A DNA stretch of 64,000 nucleotides from Candidatus Kerfeldbacteria bacterium (GTDB lineage Bacteria > Patescibacteriota > Patescibacteriia > UBA10025 > JAHIVO01), in contig JACROE010000002.1 in NCBI GenBank assembly GCA_016214565.1, forward strand, positions 536,007 to 600,006, given 5' to 3'. Positions 47,761-56,582 of this stretch are shown here, piece after piece; the stretch's first letter is position 1; every line of letters starts with the position of its first letter. Position numbers and translations under genes: made by a program. The notes below the pieces were generated by a model, which searched no databases, had not been told where the DNA came from, and was given only the letters and a program-made list of their open reading frames with translations.

Positions 47761-47818
47761 GTATATCACCTCCTTTCAGGGAATTGACAGATTGATAGGG
47801 AAATACTAGCGTGAGAGA

Positions 47819-47887
47819 GCAGCGCTGGCAGCGGAACCTATTGATCGTGGACTGCAATTCATTGATCAGGTTCCGTTGCCGCGCTGC
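47819..47887. repeat. long inverted repeat (~20-bp arms, 28-nt loop containing GATCAAT direct repeats) between the ligase and mini-protein genes
   Basis: GCAGCGCTGGCAGCGGAACCT ... AGGTTCCGTTGCCGCGCTGC. Confidence 0.6.
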
Positions 47888-47896
47888 TTTTGTATT

Positions 47897-49282
47897 TCAA
47901 CCATGCGGCGGGTGGTTTACCCGAAACACGGGATTGAAATACGCGTTGCGGGCGCCATGCACCACCGGGTGGGTGCGGGCGTGGAATTCCAACCCCCCGA
48001 GCTGGTCACCAAAGATGTAAATGCCATATTTGGTAAAAAGTTTTTGCGGCATCGGCTGTCCGCTGGGATCAGCCACCAGCCGCTCCTCGACATTGGTGTA
48101 GAAGCGCTGGGCTATCCAGCCATTCTGCACGTCATTCCAGAGCGACTGCTTCCATTTCTGGTCAGACATGGTGTAGCCAAGGATCATCCGACGACCCGAG
48201 GAGCTGGTCGGGTCTTTGAGTACCCAGTCGTGTTTGTCCGCGTACTGGAGCGGGACTGATTGATCGGGAAGGACGATCTGGTCGCCCTGGACAAATCCGA
48301 TTTCCGCGAAGTGAGAATCGAGGAGTTGATAGTCTGCCGTGCCGAGCTCTTGGAGAAAGAGCGTGCGATACGGTTCGATGCGGAAGAGGTACATCCAGAC
48401 CTTATTGCCGAGGAAACGGCGATGGAGGGGGGAGAGGATGCACCGTTCGTCAGGATAGCCGGGCAGTAGCAGGTGGTAGGCGGGATCGCCTTCCTTGATC
48501 CTGCCGCGGATGATGGCCGTAGGCGCGCCAGATTGAATCTCGTCAGGGGCGACGATGGTCGAGGGGATGCCCGCTGCGGTCAGGCAGTCGGCGATGGTTT
48601 TGAAATTGCGCCAGTCGCCGTCATCGCTACGGATGACCACCTGCAGGCGGATTGATTCGCCCGGCAGGCGCTGATATGACGACCACTGGTTGATGCAGCG
48701 CTGGACAATGTCCGTGAAGCTGCGCCGGGTCGGGAACGAAAGCAGGTATGATGTGTTGTACTGGTTGAGGAAATCGGTGGCTGTGATGAGGTCGCCGACA
48801 CCAGCGGGGCGGGTGGTATTGATATCCATCACTTTGAATCCATCCGGCGTGCGGATGGCGTCCAGACGGACAAAGGGGTGGATGATCTGGTATCCCGGGT
48901 CAATCAGGGCGCATTCCCATTCGTTCTTGGTGCAGAGCGAGTGGATCTGCTCAGTGTGTTCCGGGGCCAGTTCTCCCTGGCGGGCTCGTCGGACAATCGC
49001 CATCTGGGCATTGAGCCACCGCGGCCAGGCAGCGGCCAGCCGCTTGAGTTGGTAGTATTCGGTGTGCTCGAGAATGATTGGCGAGAGTACTGGCTGGATT
49101 GCCTCTTCGATCATGGGCCCGGTCGGGGTTTCGATCTGGCGCGTGGGAGAGGGATAGGGATGCCCGCCGCCGGTTAAGGCTTCGAACCGGTTTGGTGTGT
49201 AACGGTAGCTGACGCCACCATTCAAGAGTTCTGCCATGAGTTCATCCATCTGGACGCTCAAGCAGGTGTCGATGCGTTGCAT
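47897..49282 (-). CDS. ATP-grasp-like amidoligase (GSP-synthetase / circularly-permuted ATP-grasp-like), tentative
   Basis: 461 aa. Gly-rich nucleotide loop WVLKDPTSSSGRRMILG (compare KPxxGSxGRGV). C-terminal LEFHART (ExN-like metal site). No closer family recognised by eye. Confidence 0.4.
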   Translation of the reverse strand: MQRIDTCLSVQMDELMAELLNGGVSYRYTPNRFEALTGGGHPYPSPTRQIETPTGPMIEEAIQPVLSPIILEHTEYYQLKRLAAAWPRWLNAQMAIVRRARQGELAPEHTEQIHSLCTKNEWECALIDPGYQIIHPFVRLDAIRTPDGFKVMDINTTRPAGVGDLITATDFLNQYNTSYLLSFPTRRSFTDIVQRCINQWSSYQRLPGESIRLQVVIRSDDGDWRNFKTIADCLTAAGIPSTIVAPDEIQSGAPTAIIRGRIKEGDPAYHLLLPGYPDERCILSPLHRRFLGNKVWMYLFRIEPYRTLFLQELGTADYQLLDSHFAEIGFVQGDQIVLPDQSVPLQYADKHDWVLKDPTSSSGRRMILGYTMSDQKWKQSLWNDVQNGWIAQRFYTNVEERLVADPSGQPMPQKLFTKYGIYIFGDQLGGLEFHARTHPVVHGARNAYFNPVFRVNHPPHG

Positions 49283-49353
49283 AATGCAACCTCCTTATGG
49301 GTTGTGGGTTGGAAGAAATATTAAGTTGTGAACATACGGTTTTTATTTTTTTA

Positions 49354-50250
49354 TCAGATGCCAATGCTGGCAATCTTGCTGCCGGTGCGCACGAGGTCAT
49401 TGCCTTTGATGGTCATGACCACGCCCGCGACTGGCGTTTTGATTTGTGTTTCGGTGAAATCAGTGACTGAGGTGACGGTGGCAATGGTTTGCCCCGCAGT
49501 GACGGTATCCAGCAGATTGATGGTGGGAGCGAAGAGCCCGGCAGTATCAGCGTAGAGGTATTGGGCGGTGAGCATCGGCATGGTTGATAGTGTTACGGTT
49601 GTATTCAGAAATCCATTGCCGGTGGTGATAATGCTCTGCGTGATCCGATCAATTAGTGCGGGAGAAATCATTTGGTAATTGGGCATTTCGATGAACACCG
49701 AGGGGATGCCGGCGGCAGTCAGGCTGCCATCGAAACTACCGGCGAATCGTCGGTCTTCGCCTTTCTTTTCATTGACCTTCCAGACCAGGTCCGGCTGGAG
49801 CAGGGCAATTATTTTTTGTACCGCAGGAGTGGGGACGCCTGATGCATCCGCGGCAAATCCGACGAGGAAGGGGGACTGTCGAGAGAACGTGTGCAGGTCT
49901 ATTACGAAATCTTGCTTGAGCGCGATGTTCATGATGACAGTGGCCAGCCGGCTGGTGAAATCCCCAGTTGGTTTTCCTGGAAAAGCTCGATTGAGATTAG
50001 CGCCTTCGATGGGTTCATTTCGTGTACCCTGGATAATGCCAAATGGGTTGGCTACCGGAATGATGGTGATTGTTCCCTGAATTTTTTCCTGTTGGGCAAT
50101 CAGCTGCTTAATTATCCACAGGGGGGAGAGCTCTCCGCCGTGCTGTACCGCAGTGATGAGTACTCGTGGAGTACCGGAGCCGAACTGAAGAATGGGCAGG
50201 TCGACCGGAATTGTTCCGATCGTGCCGATGGGCTGTAACATTTTTTTCAT
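49354..50250 (-). CDS. succinylglutamate desuccinylase/aspartoacylase (AstE/AspA) family zinc deacylase
   Basis: ITAVQHGGELSP (HxxE Zn site), NLNRAFPG signature, VIDLHT (third Zn ligand), and a C-terminal beta domain. Confidence 0.7.
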   Translation of the reverse strand: MKKMLQPIGTIGTIPVDLPILQFGSGTPRVLITAVQHGGELSPLWIIKQLIAQQEKIQGTITIIPVANPFGIIQGTRNEPIEGANLNRAFPGKPTGDFTSRLATVIMNIALKQDFVIDLHTFSRQSPFLVGFAADASGVPTPAVQKIIALLQPDLVWKVNEKKGEDRRFAGSFDGSLTAAGIPSVFIEMPNYQMISPALIDRITQSIITTGNGFLNTTVTLSTMPMLTAQYLYADTAGLFAPTINLLDTVTAGQTIATVTSVTDFTETQIKTPVAGVVMTIKGNDLVRTGSKIASIGI

Positions 50251-50566
50251 AGATGTGTCGTTATGACATATACAAAAACACCTCTTCTGGCAGAAGAGGC
50301 ATCGCGTGTAGCTTAGTTAGTTTGATTGCGTGCTAGGCAATACTTTTGTGCACACGTAAAGATACCTCTTCGCCAGAGAAGAAGTGAAAATGACGGCGAT
50401 ACCAGGTTTGTGTGATAAAAGTATTCATAGCAACGGGTATTGTAGCGCAGGAAATGGTTGGTGTCAAATTATTCTCAGACCTTGCCAGATTATTCAGCTT
50501 GCAGTAGGCTTGAAGAAAGACACAAACAACAACCAATAACCGTTCACCACAATTCATGGAGGGTTT

Positions 50567-51007
50567 ATGCTAAAGCAGAAACCTTTAGTTTTAGTCGTTG
50601 ACGATCACCCAGAGGCTCGTCGCATTCTGAGCCAAATGGTTGACAGCATTACCGGCAAGCCGTATCGGGTACTTGAATCAGAGTACGGCGATCACGCTGT
50701 CAAAGCGTTCGAATTCGCCCTTGCGAAAAGGCCGGCGGTTGTTATCGCTCAGGGCCATGTCTGGTCTTGCGATAAACTGATCGATCGGCTCGGCGGATCT
50801 CAGCTCGAAACGAGGGTACTGACCGTTACGATTCAGTATCGCGGCGAGCAGCCCAGTGACAAGGTTTGGCCAGCGCTGGTGAATGGCGAGCTCGTCGAAG
50901 CATTCGACAAAAGGCAGCTTGCTGCAGCACTGCGCGAAACACTGGCGCCACCCCCGAAATCTACTTCCCGACAGGAAGACCTCCAGCTAGCGCCCGCCAT
51001 GGCCTAA
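50567..51007 (+). CDS. receiver (REC)-like domain protein, possibly a pseudo-receiver
   Basis: LVLVVDDHPEARRIL is the beta1/DD motif of CheY-like domains. By eye the expected phospho-acceptor Asp after beta3 (PAVVIAQGH) is absent. SD GGAGGG. Confidence 0.5.
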   Translation: MLKQKPLVLVVDDHPEARRILSQMVDSITGKPYRVLESEYGDHAVKAFEFALAKRPAVVIAQGHVWSCDKLIDRLGGSQLETRVLTVTIQYRGEQPSDKVWPALVNGELVEAFDKRQLAAALRETLAPPPKSTSRQEDLQLAPAMA

Positions 51008-51046
51008 GTTTGCCCCTATCATCCGGCACCTCCCCGGTGCCTCCGA

Positions 51047-51087
51047 CCCGCCATCTCCCCATGACTTATAGGATGGCGGGTTTTATT
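51047..51087 (+). terminator. intrinsic terminator after the REC-like gene
   Basis: CCCGCCATC...GATGGCGGG followed by TTTTATT, preceded by a second hairpin GGCACC-tcccc-GGTGCC. Confidence 0.65.
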
Positions 51088-51136
51088 ATTGTTGGAAAAA
51101 CTTGCGAGACTATGTGTTTGGGTGTAGCTTGTTCTT

Positions 51137-51514
51137 ATGAACCCCATCATCGCCGCAGGGCCGGTTATTATCGAGAATGACAAGGTGCTCGTGAATAAGC
51201 ACGGAGACACTCCGTTTTGGAAATTCCCGGGTGGACGGCTGGAGACGTTTGATGAATTGGATTTAGCAAAGTGTGCGGCACGGGAAGTGAAAGAGGAAAT
51301 GGGAGTTGAGATTGAAATTATCCGGCCGATGAGCACCTTGATGACGAAGAAAGGTGATGATGTGATTGTGTTGGTGCATTATCTAGCCAAACGGATTGGC
51401 GAAGTGAGGCCAGGCTCAGACATCCGGGAGTGGACGTGGCTGGATATCCATCATCTGCCGGCTGACGTGGCACCCAATGTACAGCAGATTGTGGAGGAGT
51501 ATTTGGGTATGTAG
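51137..51514 (+). CDS. NUDIX hydrolase
   Basis: Nudix box GGRLETFDELDLAKCAAREVKEEMGV (Gx5Ex7REUxEExGU). Confidence 0.85.
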   Translation: MNPIIAAGPVIIENDKVLVNKHGDTPFWKFPGGRLETFDELDLAKCAAREVKEEMGVEIEIIRPMSTLMTKKGDDVIVLVHYLAKRIGEVRPGSDIREWTWLDIHHLPADVAPNVQQIVEEYLGM

Positions 51515-51633
51515 TAGGTAGTGATGAGTAAGTAGTAGGTTGTCAGAATGCATCCCCTGGCCGAAGGCCAGGAGATCCTTCGCTTTGCTCAGGATGACAA
51601 GGCGGGCGTGGTGACAATTCCTCAATAATCCCG

Positions 51634-51639
51634 TACAAT
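51634..51639 (+). promoter_or_regulatory. -10 TACAAT, 6 nt upstream of the glyA ATG (leaderless-type)
   Basis: cccgTACAATaatggtATGaac. Confidence 0.35.
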
Positions 51640-51645
51640 AATGGT

Positions 51646-52929
51646 ATGAACCTGAAAGACACGGATAAAAAAATATTCGATTCAATTCACGACGAATTAG
51701 AGCGCCAGCGGAATGGACTGGAAATGATTCCGTCGGAAAACTTTACCTCCCCGGCAGTGCTGGAGGCCTTGGGTTCAGTATTGACCAATAAATATTCCGA
51801 AGGGTATCCGGGCAAACGCTACTACGGCGGCAATGAATTTATTGATGTGGTGGAAAAGGCCGCTCGGTTCCGTGCAAAAAATTTGTTCGGTGTAGAGTAT
51901 GCCAATGTCCAGCCGTACTCCGGTTCTCCTGCCAATCACGCCGTGTACATGGGCCTCCTCAATCCGGGTGATAAAGTACTGGGCATGAGCCTGACGCACG
52001 GCGGGCATCTGACGCACGGGTGGAAAATCAGTTTTTCCGGGCACTATTATCATGCGGTGGCCTATGGCGTGGATAAGGAAACCCATCGCATTGATTATGA
52101 CCAGGTGCGCGAAATGGCACGGAAAGAACAACCCAAACTCATTATCGTCGGCGCTAGCGCCTATCCGCGGGAAATTGATTTTAAAATTTTTGGAGAAATT
52201 GGAAAAGAAGTAGGCGCGTATGTTTTGGCGGATATTGCCCACATCGCTGGTCTGATCGTGGCAGGAGCGCATCAATCGCCGGTGGATCACGTAGACGTAA
52301 TGACCACCACCACCCATAAGACCCTGCGCGGCCCCCGTGGCGCTATGATTATGTTTCCCCGCGTCGCAGATCGATTGCACGAGAAATACCATGCGGGTGA
52401 TAAGTGGAACCTCGCGGAACGCATTGATCGAGCGGTGTTTCCTGGCCTGCAGGGCGGCCCGCATAACCACCAGACGGCGGCTATTGCCGTGGCGCTGAAG
52501 GAAGCCGGTACCGAAGGATTCAAGAAATACGGCCATCAGGTGGTGAAGAACGCGAAGGCATTGGCCGCTCGATTGCTTGAGCACAATTTTTCCTTAATCA
52601 GCGGCGGTACGGACAACCATTTAATTCTAATTGACCTGACCAATAAAGAAATTTCCGGAGGTGAAGCAGAAACATTGTTGGATAGCATTGGCATCACAGT
52701 CAATAAGAATACGATTCCGTATGATCTGCGCAAACCCATGGATCCCTCTGGCATTCGCTTGGGCACACCGGCACTCACTACCCGCGGTATGCGCGAGGAA
52801 GATATGGTGACTATCGCAGATATTATTGCCGACGTTATTCATAATGCGCAGAAGGAATCGAAGTTGGACGAGGCGAAAGCGCGGGTCAAAGAATTGACTG
52901 CCAAGTACCCGCTGTATCAGTGGATGTAA
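51646..52929 (+). CDS. glyA: serine hydroxymethyltransferase
   Basis: [50 protein letters not shown] (PLP-lysine region). Confidence 0.96.
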   Translation: MNLKDTDKKIFDSIHDELERQRNGLEMIPSENFTSPAVLEALGSVLTNKYSEGYPGKRYYGGNEFIDVVEKAARFRAKNLFGVEYANVQPYSGSPANHAVYMGLLNPGDKVLGMSLTHGGHLTHGWKISFSGHYYHAVAYGVDKETHRIDYDQVREMARKEQPKLIIVGASAYPREIDFKIFGEIGKEVGAYVLADIAHIAGLIVAGAHQSPVDHVDVMTTTTHKTLRGPRGAMIMFPRVADRLHEKYHAGDKWNLAERIDRAVFPGLQGGPHNHQTAAIAVALKEAGTEGFKKYGHQVVKNAKALAARLLEHNFSLISGGTDNHLILIDLTNKEISGGEAETLLDSIGITVNKNTIPYDLRKPMDPSGIRLGTPALTTRGMREEDMVTIADIIADVIHNAQKESKLDEAKARVKELTAKYPLYQWM

Positions 52930-53013
52930 TATTATGTCATCGCGAGGGAGCATTATGCGACCGTGGCGATCTGATTGGATTGCTACGTTCCACTCGCAAT
53001 GACAGACACCACC

Positions 53014-53853
53014 ATGCCACATATCATTGACGGAAAAAAACTAGCCGGAGAAATACGTGCGCGACTGAAAACAGAGATCGCCGCGCTTTCGGCTGTGCCG
53101 GGTCTGGCGATTATATTGGTCGGTGATGACCCTGCCTCTCATACCTATGTCGGGCTCAAAGAAAAAGCGGCGGAGGACATTGGTATGCATTTTGAGCGGC
53201 ACATGTTTCCGGCAGACACGACGCAGGCCGCCTTGGTTAAACGCATCAACGAATTAAATCAGCGCAGCGATATTCATGGCATCGTGGTGCAATTACCATT
53301 ACCCGGAAAATCATTTGATACCGATGCTATTATACAGACGATAGCGCCGGACAAGGACGTGGACGGATTTCATCCGACGAATATTCAGGCATTATTGGCA
53401 GGCAATCCGCGAATCACTCCTGGCTTGGCCGAGGGGATTTTTCGGTTGATCGCTAGCACGAATGAATCTTTGCCGGGGAAGAAAGCTATGATTTTTGCCA
53501 ATTCGCCAGTTTTTTCCAATCCCCTTGAATATATTTTGAATCAGCATGGCATACAGACGGTCAGTTGCGCGCCGGGCGTGGATGACGCAATCGTCGTTTC
53601 ACGGCAGGCGGATATTATTGTAGCTGTCATCGGCAAGCCAAATTTTGTCACCGGTGAAATGGTGAAGGACGGCGCTATCCTGATTGACGTTGGTTTTACT
53701 AAGCAGAATGGCCAAGTATCCGGCGACATCGCTCCGTCAGCCGTTGCCAAGGCACGCTGGGCCACGCCAGTGCCAGGCGGCGTGGGGCCCATGACCGTCG
53801 CCATGCTCCTCGAAAACGTGCTGCACGCATTTCGTTTACAGCAGGCGCAGTAA
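53014..53853 (+). CDS. folD: bifunctional methylenetetrahydrofolate dehydrogenase/cyclohydrolase
   Basis: IIDGKKLAGEIRARLKTEIAAL, IHGIVVQLPLP, PGGVGPMTVAMLLENV. Start at the internal Met, uncertain by ±13 codons. Confidence 0.9.
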   Translation: MPHIIDGKKLAGEIRARLKTEIAALSAVPGLAIILVGDDPASHTYVGLKEKAAEDIGMHFERHMFPADTTQAALVKRINELNQRSDIHGIVVQLPLPGKSFDTDAIIQTIAPDKDVDGFHPTNIQALLAGNPRITPGLAEGIFRLIASTNESLPGKKAMIFANSPVFSNPLEYILNQHGIQTVSCAPGVDDAIVVSRQADIIVAVIGKPNFVTGEMVKDGAILIDVGFTKQNGQVSGDIAPSAVAKARWATPVPGGVGPMTVAMLLENVLHAFRLQQAQ

Positions 53854-53875
53854 TGTGCTAGTCTGACCACAACAT

Positions 53876-54310
53876 ATGGAAATTCCCTGGTACAATATTC
53901 TCAAATTCGTTCACGTCGGCAGTATCGTCATGGGTATGGGCGCGGCGGTTTTTATGCATCTGCAATTTGTCAGAAAGGAATTAACCTGGGGTCAGCTCAA
54001 GCATTTTTTTCATTTTGGTAACCGAATCATCTGGATTGGATTGATGCTTGCTGGCGTCACAGGGATTACCCTTTGGATTGTCGCCGATACGAGTCGTCCG
54101 CCTGTTTTCTACGGTAAACTAGCCCTCGTGGCTATGGTCATCATTGACGGTTGGATTATCCATCGCATCGGCCGACCGCTTTTGGCTGGGTTGCCGGATG
54201 ACCAATTGATGGCGAAATTACCTGATGCAGTTCGTAAAACATTTATGCGGAGTGGCGTCGTTTCAGTTCTGGGTTGGTGGGGAGCGCTGGCCATTGCCAT
54301 GATTTTTTAG
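53876..54310 (+). CDS. small integral membrane protein (4 TM), hypothetical
   Basis: Hydrophobicity pattern only. Confidence 0.5.
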   Translation: MEIPWYNILKFVHVGSIVMGMGAAVFMHLQFVRKELTWGQLKHFFHFGNRIIWIGLMLAGVTGITLWIVADTSRPPVFYGKLALVAMVIIDGWIIHRIGRPLLAGLPDDQLMAKLPDAVRKTFMRSGVVSVLGWWGALAIAMIF

Positions 54311-54320
54311 AAACGATTGC

Positions 54321-54836
54321 ATGAAAAAAAGTACTGCTTTTTTTAAGTACTGCCCGGTCTGTGGCGCGCCGACGAAATTAAGCACCGGCGTCCATCGGCA
54401 TCCGAAATGCACTCGGTGTGACTTTACTTTTTATCAAAATTCGAAACCAACCGCATCTATTATTCCCATTAATGCTCGGGGCGAAATAATGTTAGTTAAG
54501 CGGGGGATCAATCCGCGTAAAGGGTATTGGGATACTCCGGGCGGGTTTCTCGAAGAATGGGAAACACCAGAGGTCGGCGCGCGGCGGGAGCTCAAAGAGG
54601 AGCTCGGCGTCACGCTCAAAAATGTAAAACTGCTTGGTGTATATCTGGATGCCTATGTTGAGCACTATCGGGCAGCCACCATGAATATTGTTTATGTGGC
54701 TGAAATTGCCAGTGGCCGGATCAAGCCGCAGGATGATGTGGCAGGGTATCGGTGGTTTAGGCCAGTGCAGCTCCCGTGGAAACGATTGGCATTTCCCTGG
54801 ATTCGGCAGGCGCTCAAGGATTATCTCAGGAACTAA
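54321..54836 (+). CDS. NUDIX hydrolase with N-terminal zinc ribbon (NudC-like)
   Basis: CPVCGAPTKLSTGVHRHPKCTRCDF zinc ribbon, then Nudix box GGFLEEWETPEVGARRELKEELGV. Confidence 0.8.
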   Translation: MKKSTAFFKYCPVCGAPTKLSTGVHRHPKCTRCDFTFYQNSKPTASIIPINARGEIMLVKRGINPRKGYWDTPGGFLEEWETPEVGARRELKEELGVTLKNVKLLGVYLDAYVEHYRAATMNIVYVAEIASGRIKPQDDVAGYRWFRPVQLPWKRLAFPWIRQALKDYLRN

Positions 54837-54870
54837 AAAACCGCCAGGCTTCTGCTCGGCGGTTTTTAAT
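54836..54870. terminator. bidirectional intrinsic terminator between convergent genes
   Basis: AAAAACCGCC-aggcttctgctc-GGCGGTTTTTAATTT. Confidence 0.65.
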
Positions 54871-54878
54871 TTACTGAT

Positions 54879-55646
54879 TTAGCGGTTCAATGCGCCCGTG
54901 CCGTTTGGATTGTAGCCGTTCTGCACTTCAGTGCCATCGAGGAATCCATCACCATCGGTGTCGGGGTTCAGGATGTCAGTTCCCCAGACGCCTTCCTGCA
55001 CGTCCGTGAGGCCGTCATTATCCGTGTCCAAAGTTGACGCATTGATGATTTGATTCGTATTGCCATTCGCATTCGCGTTGCTATTGCCGTTTGTGGTTGC
55101 ATTCGTATTGCGGTTAGCATTTGCATTGCTATTACCATTGGTTACCGCATTCGTATTTGAATTCCGATTAGTAACCGTGTTGGTATTGCTATTGAGGTTA
55201 CGATTGAGGTTGGTTACCGCATTCGTATTTGAATTCGTATTTGTCACGGCATTGGTATTGGTCGTCGTATTCGTGTTGTTCGTATTGTCTGCGGTACTGC
55301 TGAAATAGTTCAAGGCGAGCACGACGCCTCCGATCAGGACAATCAGGATAACCAGGATAATAATACCAATCATGGCCATGCGTCGGCGCGGCGCTTGGGG
55401 CGCGGCACCCATGGGCATGCCCGGAACGTTCATCGTCGGCATTCCCGGTGGGGGCGGGGGCACGGTTGGTCCTGGTGTGGCCGCCGTGACTGGCTGACCG
55501 AGCGGGGGAGGCGGAGGAGGGCCAGCGGGCCGGGTGCGCTGCGGTGCAGCATTAGCATTGACTGGTCGCCAGGGTCCCCAATCCTTTTGTGGAGCGGGAG
55601 CGGCTGGTTGTGCGCCTGGCGCTGGACGGTTCACGTTTTCGAACAT
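54879..55646 (-). CDS. membrane protein with Pro-rich cytoplasmic N-terminus, one TM, Asn/Thr-rich repeat region and C-terminal TSP3-like Ca-binding repeats
   Basis: TM MIGIIILVILIVLIGGVVLAL. Repeats NTNAVTN.. then DTDNDGLTDVQE ... DTDGDGFLDGTE. Start is either ATG at 55646 or TTG at 55667. Confidence 0.6.
   Translation of the reverse strand: MFENVNRPAPGAQPAAPAPQKDWGPWRPVNANAAPQRTRPAGPPPPPPLGQPVTAATPGPTVPPPPPGMPTMNVPGMPMGAAPQAPRRRMAMIGIIILVILIVLIGGVVLALNYFSSTADNTNNTNTTTNTNAVTNTNSNTNAVTNLNRNLNSNTNTVTNRNSNTNAVTNGNSNANANRNTNATTNGNSNANANGNTNQIINASTLDTDNDGLTDVQEGVWGTDILNPDTDGDGFLDGTEVQNGYNPNGTGALNR
55040..55300. repeat. imperfect tandem DNA repeats inside 54879..55646 (25-nt core GGTTACCGCATTCGTATTTGAATTC duplicated 72 nt apart, plus degenerate GCATTCG/GTATTG units)
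   Basis: Direct inspection. Encodes the N/T-rich low-complexity segment. Confidence 0.6.
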
Positions 55647-55714
55647 ATAGACGTAGTTAATTACCAATTGATGGTGATTATTGTATCATTTATGCGGATG
55701 AATGACAATTTGCT

Positions 55715-56428
55715 TTAAAGTAGAATACGGCTGACCGCGGCGATAGCTGCCGTTTCTGCCCGCAGGATGCGCGATCCTAAATGGACTGGCTTGGCACCAG
55801 CCTGCACCAGCTGCGTAATTTCCGCAGGCGCAAAACCGCCCTCAGGGCCAATGATTAATCGTATCGGTTCAACCGCTCCATCGATGACTTGGCCGAGTGG
55901 GTGCTGGTTTTCAGCTTCGTAGGCTACCAGTGCCGTCCCACGGAGGGTTGGGAGAGCGCTCATGAGTTCGGCAAGCATCATCGGCTTTTCCAGGGTTGGC
56001 GTTACTGTGCCGCCGCACTGCTCAGTGGCCTCGGTCAATATTTTTTCGTACCGCTCCCGTTTGTGCCCAGAGATTTCCCGGACAATGGTTCGCTCGGTAA
56101 TCAGGGGCACAAATTCCTGTACCCCGAGCTCAGTGCATTTCTGTAGAATGAGTTCAAAATTGTCTTTTTTCAGCAGGGCTTGATACAGCACCAGCGGGCG
56201 CAGCGCCGGTCGGCTGGCTGGTTCGGTTTTGGTTATGCGCAGCTGGAGCGCATCATCGGTGGCCTGGTCGATCGTGACAGTGTACTCAGTCTGAGGGGTA
56301 AATACCACAAACGTTTCACCGACGGTTAGTCGCAGGACATGGATCACCTGTTTGATGACCGCCGGATCCGTGAGAGTCAGTTGGTCGTCATGTGGAGTGA
56401 GCTGTGGCTGGTAAAATCGGTGGAGCAT
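55715..56428 (-). CDS. rsmE: 16S rRNA (uracil1498-N3)-methyltransferase
   Basis: MLHRFYQPQ...N-terminal PUA-like region. C-terminal IIGPEGGFAPAEITQLVQAGAKPVHLGSRILRAETAAIAAVS is the SPOUT knot signature of RsmE. Confidence 0.85.
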   Translation of the reverse strand: MLHRFYQPQLTPHDDQLTLTDPAVIKQVIHVLRLTVGETFVVFTPQTEYTVTIDQATDDALQLRITKTEPASRPALRPLVLYQALLKKDNFELILQKCTELGVQEFVPLITERTIVREISGHKRERYEKILTEATEQCGGTVTPTLEKPMMLAELMSALPTLRGTALVAYEAENQHPLGQVIDGAVEPIRLIIGPEGGFAPAEITQLVQAGAKPVHLGSRILRAETAAIAAVSRILL

Positions 56429-56568
56429 AGGTGTATTATAGCACTTAGCCTTGTCATTGCGAGCCCATTCGACTTCGCTCAGGGCAGGCTCCGCGAAGCA
56501 ATCTAATCAGATCGCCACGGTCGCCCCGCCTTCGGCGGAGACTCCCTCGCGATGACAACATACTATGC

Positions 56569-56574
56569 TATACT
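56569..56574 (+). promoter_or_regulatory. -10 TATACT, 8 nt upstream of the ychF ATG (leaderless-type)
   Basis: tatgcTATACTgacatcatATGagt. Confidence 0.35.
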
Positions 56575-56582
56575 GACATCAT

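Noticed and set aside
51515-51645. ZTP (pfl) or glycine riboswitch upstream of glyA/folD
   Set aside because: The leader contains hairpins (CCTGGCC-gaa-GGCCAGG) but lacks the conserved GGGUCGUGACUGGCG / CCACCGGG / CGCCUGGGC elements of the pfl motif. It also lacks the tandem-aptamer features of glycine riboswitches.
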